Shown here: positions 61,590 to 64,000 of the stretch, piece after piece
How positions within the stretch are numbered: the first letter of the stretch is position 1
Layout: every line of letters begins with the position of its first letter
NCBI RefSeq assembly: GCF_004010195.1
Contig: NC_057718.1
Coordinates: forward strand, 23,138,773 to 23,202,772
Reading direction: 5' to 3'
Source of the DNA: Chiloscyllium plagiosum
Taxonomy: Eukaryota
DNA: 64,000 nucleotides
The notes under the pieces: generated by a model
Told to the model about the DNA's origin: nothing
The model's input: only the letters and a program-made list of their open reading frames with translations
The model's database searches: none
Position numbers and translations under genes: made by a program

Positions 61590-61870
61590 TCATCGAGTCT
61601 TACAGAAGTCTACACTGCAGAAAAATGCCCTTCGGCCCATCGAGTCTGCACCCATCAGAAACAATCACCTGACTATTCAAAACCCATTTTCTAACACTTG
61701 GCCCAGAGCCTTGATTGCCTGGGAATCACAAGTGTACATGTAAATACTACTGACATGTTTTGAAGGTTTCTCCCTTTGCCAACCCGACAGGCAGTGAGTT
61801 ACAGGTTCCTCATATCCATTCCCCCCCCCGCTCCCCCGACTTTAAATCTATGTCCCCAGTCATTGATTGA
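61590..61870 (-). mobile_element. Old CR1-type 3' UTR fragment
   Basis: GCCCTTCGGCCCATCGAGTCTGCACC..CAGGCAGTGAGTT..TTTAAATCTATGTCCCC. Confidence 0.6.
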
Positions 61871-61982
61871 AGTGAAGGATGTGAAAGAACAAACTGAGTA
61901 AAATGAGGGACAAGGGCAACATTAGAAAATTGTCATTAAAAAAAACTTCAGAAAAAAGAATCAGCAGCTGACATGACCTAAG

Positions 61983-62046
61983 GATTTTACTGCTCCTCGG
62001 ATGCTGCCTGAACTGCTGTGCTCTTCCAGCACCACTAATCCAGAAT
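61983..62046 (+). mobile_element. ~60-bp PLE pLTR micro-insertion with 13-bp TSD
   Basis: GATTTTACTGCTCCTCGGATGCTGCC..CCAGAAT. TSD ATGACCTAAGGAT at 61973-61985 and 62045-62057. Confidence 0.85.
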
Positions 62047-62996
62047 GACCTAAGGATGTTATAATGGATCCTAACATTATAACGTTGCATACAAGTTTAC
62101 TCATCTTTCATCTGCCTGTCTCCAGCAGTTGTTTTATAGATGGCTACTTTACACCTGGTAAACCTGACCACAGCTCACCGTGCATTTATTTTGATTGAAA
62201 ATAAGATGATGAATGATCCACCTTTTATCCCATGCTCATGTTTAATCAATTGCCACAATTGGTACCTGTGTATGATTTGTTTTCTAATCTGATATCTAGT
62301 AAATGTGTGCAAACTAGTGAGATAAATGTATATTCTTTGAAGGTTTTTATTTGTGTCTGAACAGACTCTGAATGACTCCGGACTCATTGAGTTCGCTAAT
62401 CCTGATGATAATAAAAAATAATGATTCTCTCACAAACTCTTTGCCATTATGACTATCCGGAGTTCAATCTCCTTCCCTGATCCCATTGATCAAATAGCCT
62501 TAGTATTCAGTTTAGGATCAGGGCAGCGAAGGGTGACAGACATTCGATTTCTTTTTTATCTTTTCACTTCATCCACTGCTTTAATTAATTCCGTTTCTTC
62601 TTAGATGTCTATCTCATGAGGCAGGGCTGAAGGCAGTAGCCAATCTTGGAGGCTTATTAGAGGAAATCAGCTTCAGTATAGACTCCAATTTCAGATCACC
62701 AGTTTAAGCCCCCCTCCTTGACCATCTGTATCCCATTGAGAGGATCTGGAATCAGAATACCTGCTAATTTAACTTTTAATTCCGTAAGTTAGTTTGTACT
62801 TATCATTGAACTCCAATTCTGCCATCTAATAGGCTCATATGAAGTATGAGCAAAAATGCCAAAGCAATGTACTTTCCAGAATTAACTACCAAGACATGTA
62901 TGATCGTTCTTCAGAAAACTCAGACTCAATTACTGCAAGAATTTCCTTTAGGAACAATTATATTCTCTGTTCAAATATTCTTATACACTTGCTATA

Positions 62997-63217
62997 CAGG
63001 CTGTACTGCTATAATGTGTTCCTCTCTAACCTCACACTACAGAAAATCGCGCTACCACAAAACAAAATAGAAAGCCATGCTAGAGAAGATTGTTAATAAA
63101 AAAATCACTTTACCCATTCAGTAGAAAGTTTGCATTATCTAAACAACATCCACAATTCGTCAATCGTTTTATAGCAAATTCGCGCTGACAAAACGTACGC
63201 TGTAGCAGGTCAACTTG
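62997..63217. mobile_element. Decayed Tc1/mariner-type MITE
   Basis: TA-CAGGCTGTACTGCTATAA ... CTGTAGCAGGTCAACTTG-TG form imperfect TIRs. Internal CGCGCT repeats. Confidence 0.5.
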
Positions 63218-63264
63218 TGCTGTACAACACACTGCCTACTCCACTCCAAGACTTGTTCAATACA

Positions 63265-64000
63265 TTTTGGTAAGAAAAACCAGGGCAAGACTTATACAGT
63301 TAATGGTTGGACACTGGGGAGTTTTTCTTTTGTTCATTCACCGGAGGTGGGCATCTTTGGCTAGGCCAGCATTTATTGCCCATCCCTTATTGCCCACGGG
63401 CAGTTTAGAGTTAATCACATTGCTATGGGACTGGAGTCACATGGAGTAGGAAGAGAGATTTATTTCCCTAAAGGACATTAGCAAAACAGATGAGTTTTTT
63501 CCAACAATCAGCAATGGTTTTGCGGTGATCATTATACCTTTAATTCAAGATTCTTTACTGAATTCAAATTGCACAACCTACCATGGTGGGAATTGTACAC
63601 AGGTCCCCAGAACATGAGCTAAGTTTCTGGTTTAATTGCCTCGTGATAATTCCACTAGGCCAGTGCTTTCCCCATAAGCGCTGCTGAACAAACAGATCTA
63701 TGGGTGCAGGTGCATTGTTCCTTGAAAGTGGAGTCGTAGGTAGACAACATGGTGAAGGAGGCATTTAGCACTCTTTATTGGTCAGTGTATTGAGTATAGG
63801 ATTTGGGATATCATGTTGCTGCTATACAGAATATTGATGAGGCCATTTTAGAATGTGGCATATAATTCTGGTCACCCTTCTCTAGGAAGGATGTTGTTAA
63901 TCTTGAGAGGGTGCAAGAAAGAGTTACAAGGATGTTGCTAGAACTAGAGGGTTTGAGCTATAGGGAAAGACTGAAGAGGCTGGGGCTTTTTTCCCTAGAG
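63265..64000 (+). mobile_element. CR1/HER1-like ORF2 fragment interrupted by SINE B; cut by the window end
   Basis: AAGACTTATACAGTTAATGG..|..GAACAAACAGATCT..TTGAGCTATAGGGAAAGACTGAAGAGGCTGGGGCTTTTTTCCCTAGAG (LSYRERLKRLGLFSLE). Confidence 0.8.
63325..63673 (-). mobile_element. tRNA-derived SINE family B, near full length
   Basis: GGCTAGGCCAGCATTTATTGCCCATCCC..GGAGTCACATG..GGTCCCCAGAACAT..CCACTAGGCC. Confidence 0.82.

Noticed and set aside
1..64000. CRISPR arrays, operons or other prokaryotic systems
   Set aside because: No regularly spaced repeat-spacer array or gene-dense region. The content is eukaryotic retroelement-rich DNA.

Overview
This is vertebrate genomic DNA, almost certainly from a cartilaginous fish (shark), inferred from dense HE1-type V-SINEs, HER1/CR1 LINEs and a SacSINE1-like Deu-SINE. 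I found no intact host gene, rRNA, tRNA gene or CRISPR array. The window looks intergenic or intronic and is a mosaic of nested retroelements. It holds two long CR1/HER1 copies (28.8-32.0 kb; 49.8-52.7 kb with a 485-N gap), many decayed CR1 fragments, about 14 HE1 SINE copies, other tRNA-derived SINE families and Tc1/mariner-type MITEs. The most notable content is about 20 Penelope-like element (PLE) remnants from at least four families, most carrying a minimal hammerhead ribozyme (HHR) motif or part of one. Many are short pLTR-only insertions with 10-18 bp target-site duplications (TSDs). Several fold back on themselves, with the inversion junction at the HHR. One young copy (16852-17062) has perfect 79-bp arms and an intact ribozyme, and another (61983-62046) starts at the predicted self-cleavage site. 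There are also two local duplications of apparently unique DNA (one inverted, one direct) and enhancer-like TE-free islands. Family names come from recall and were not database-checked. Boundaries of old elements are approximate.
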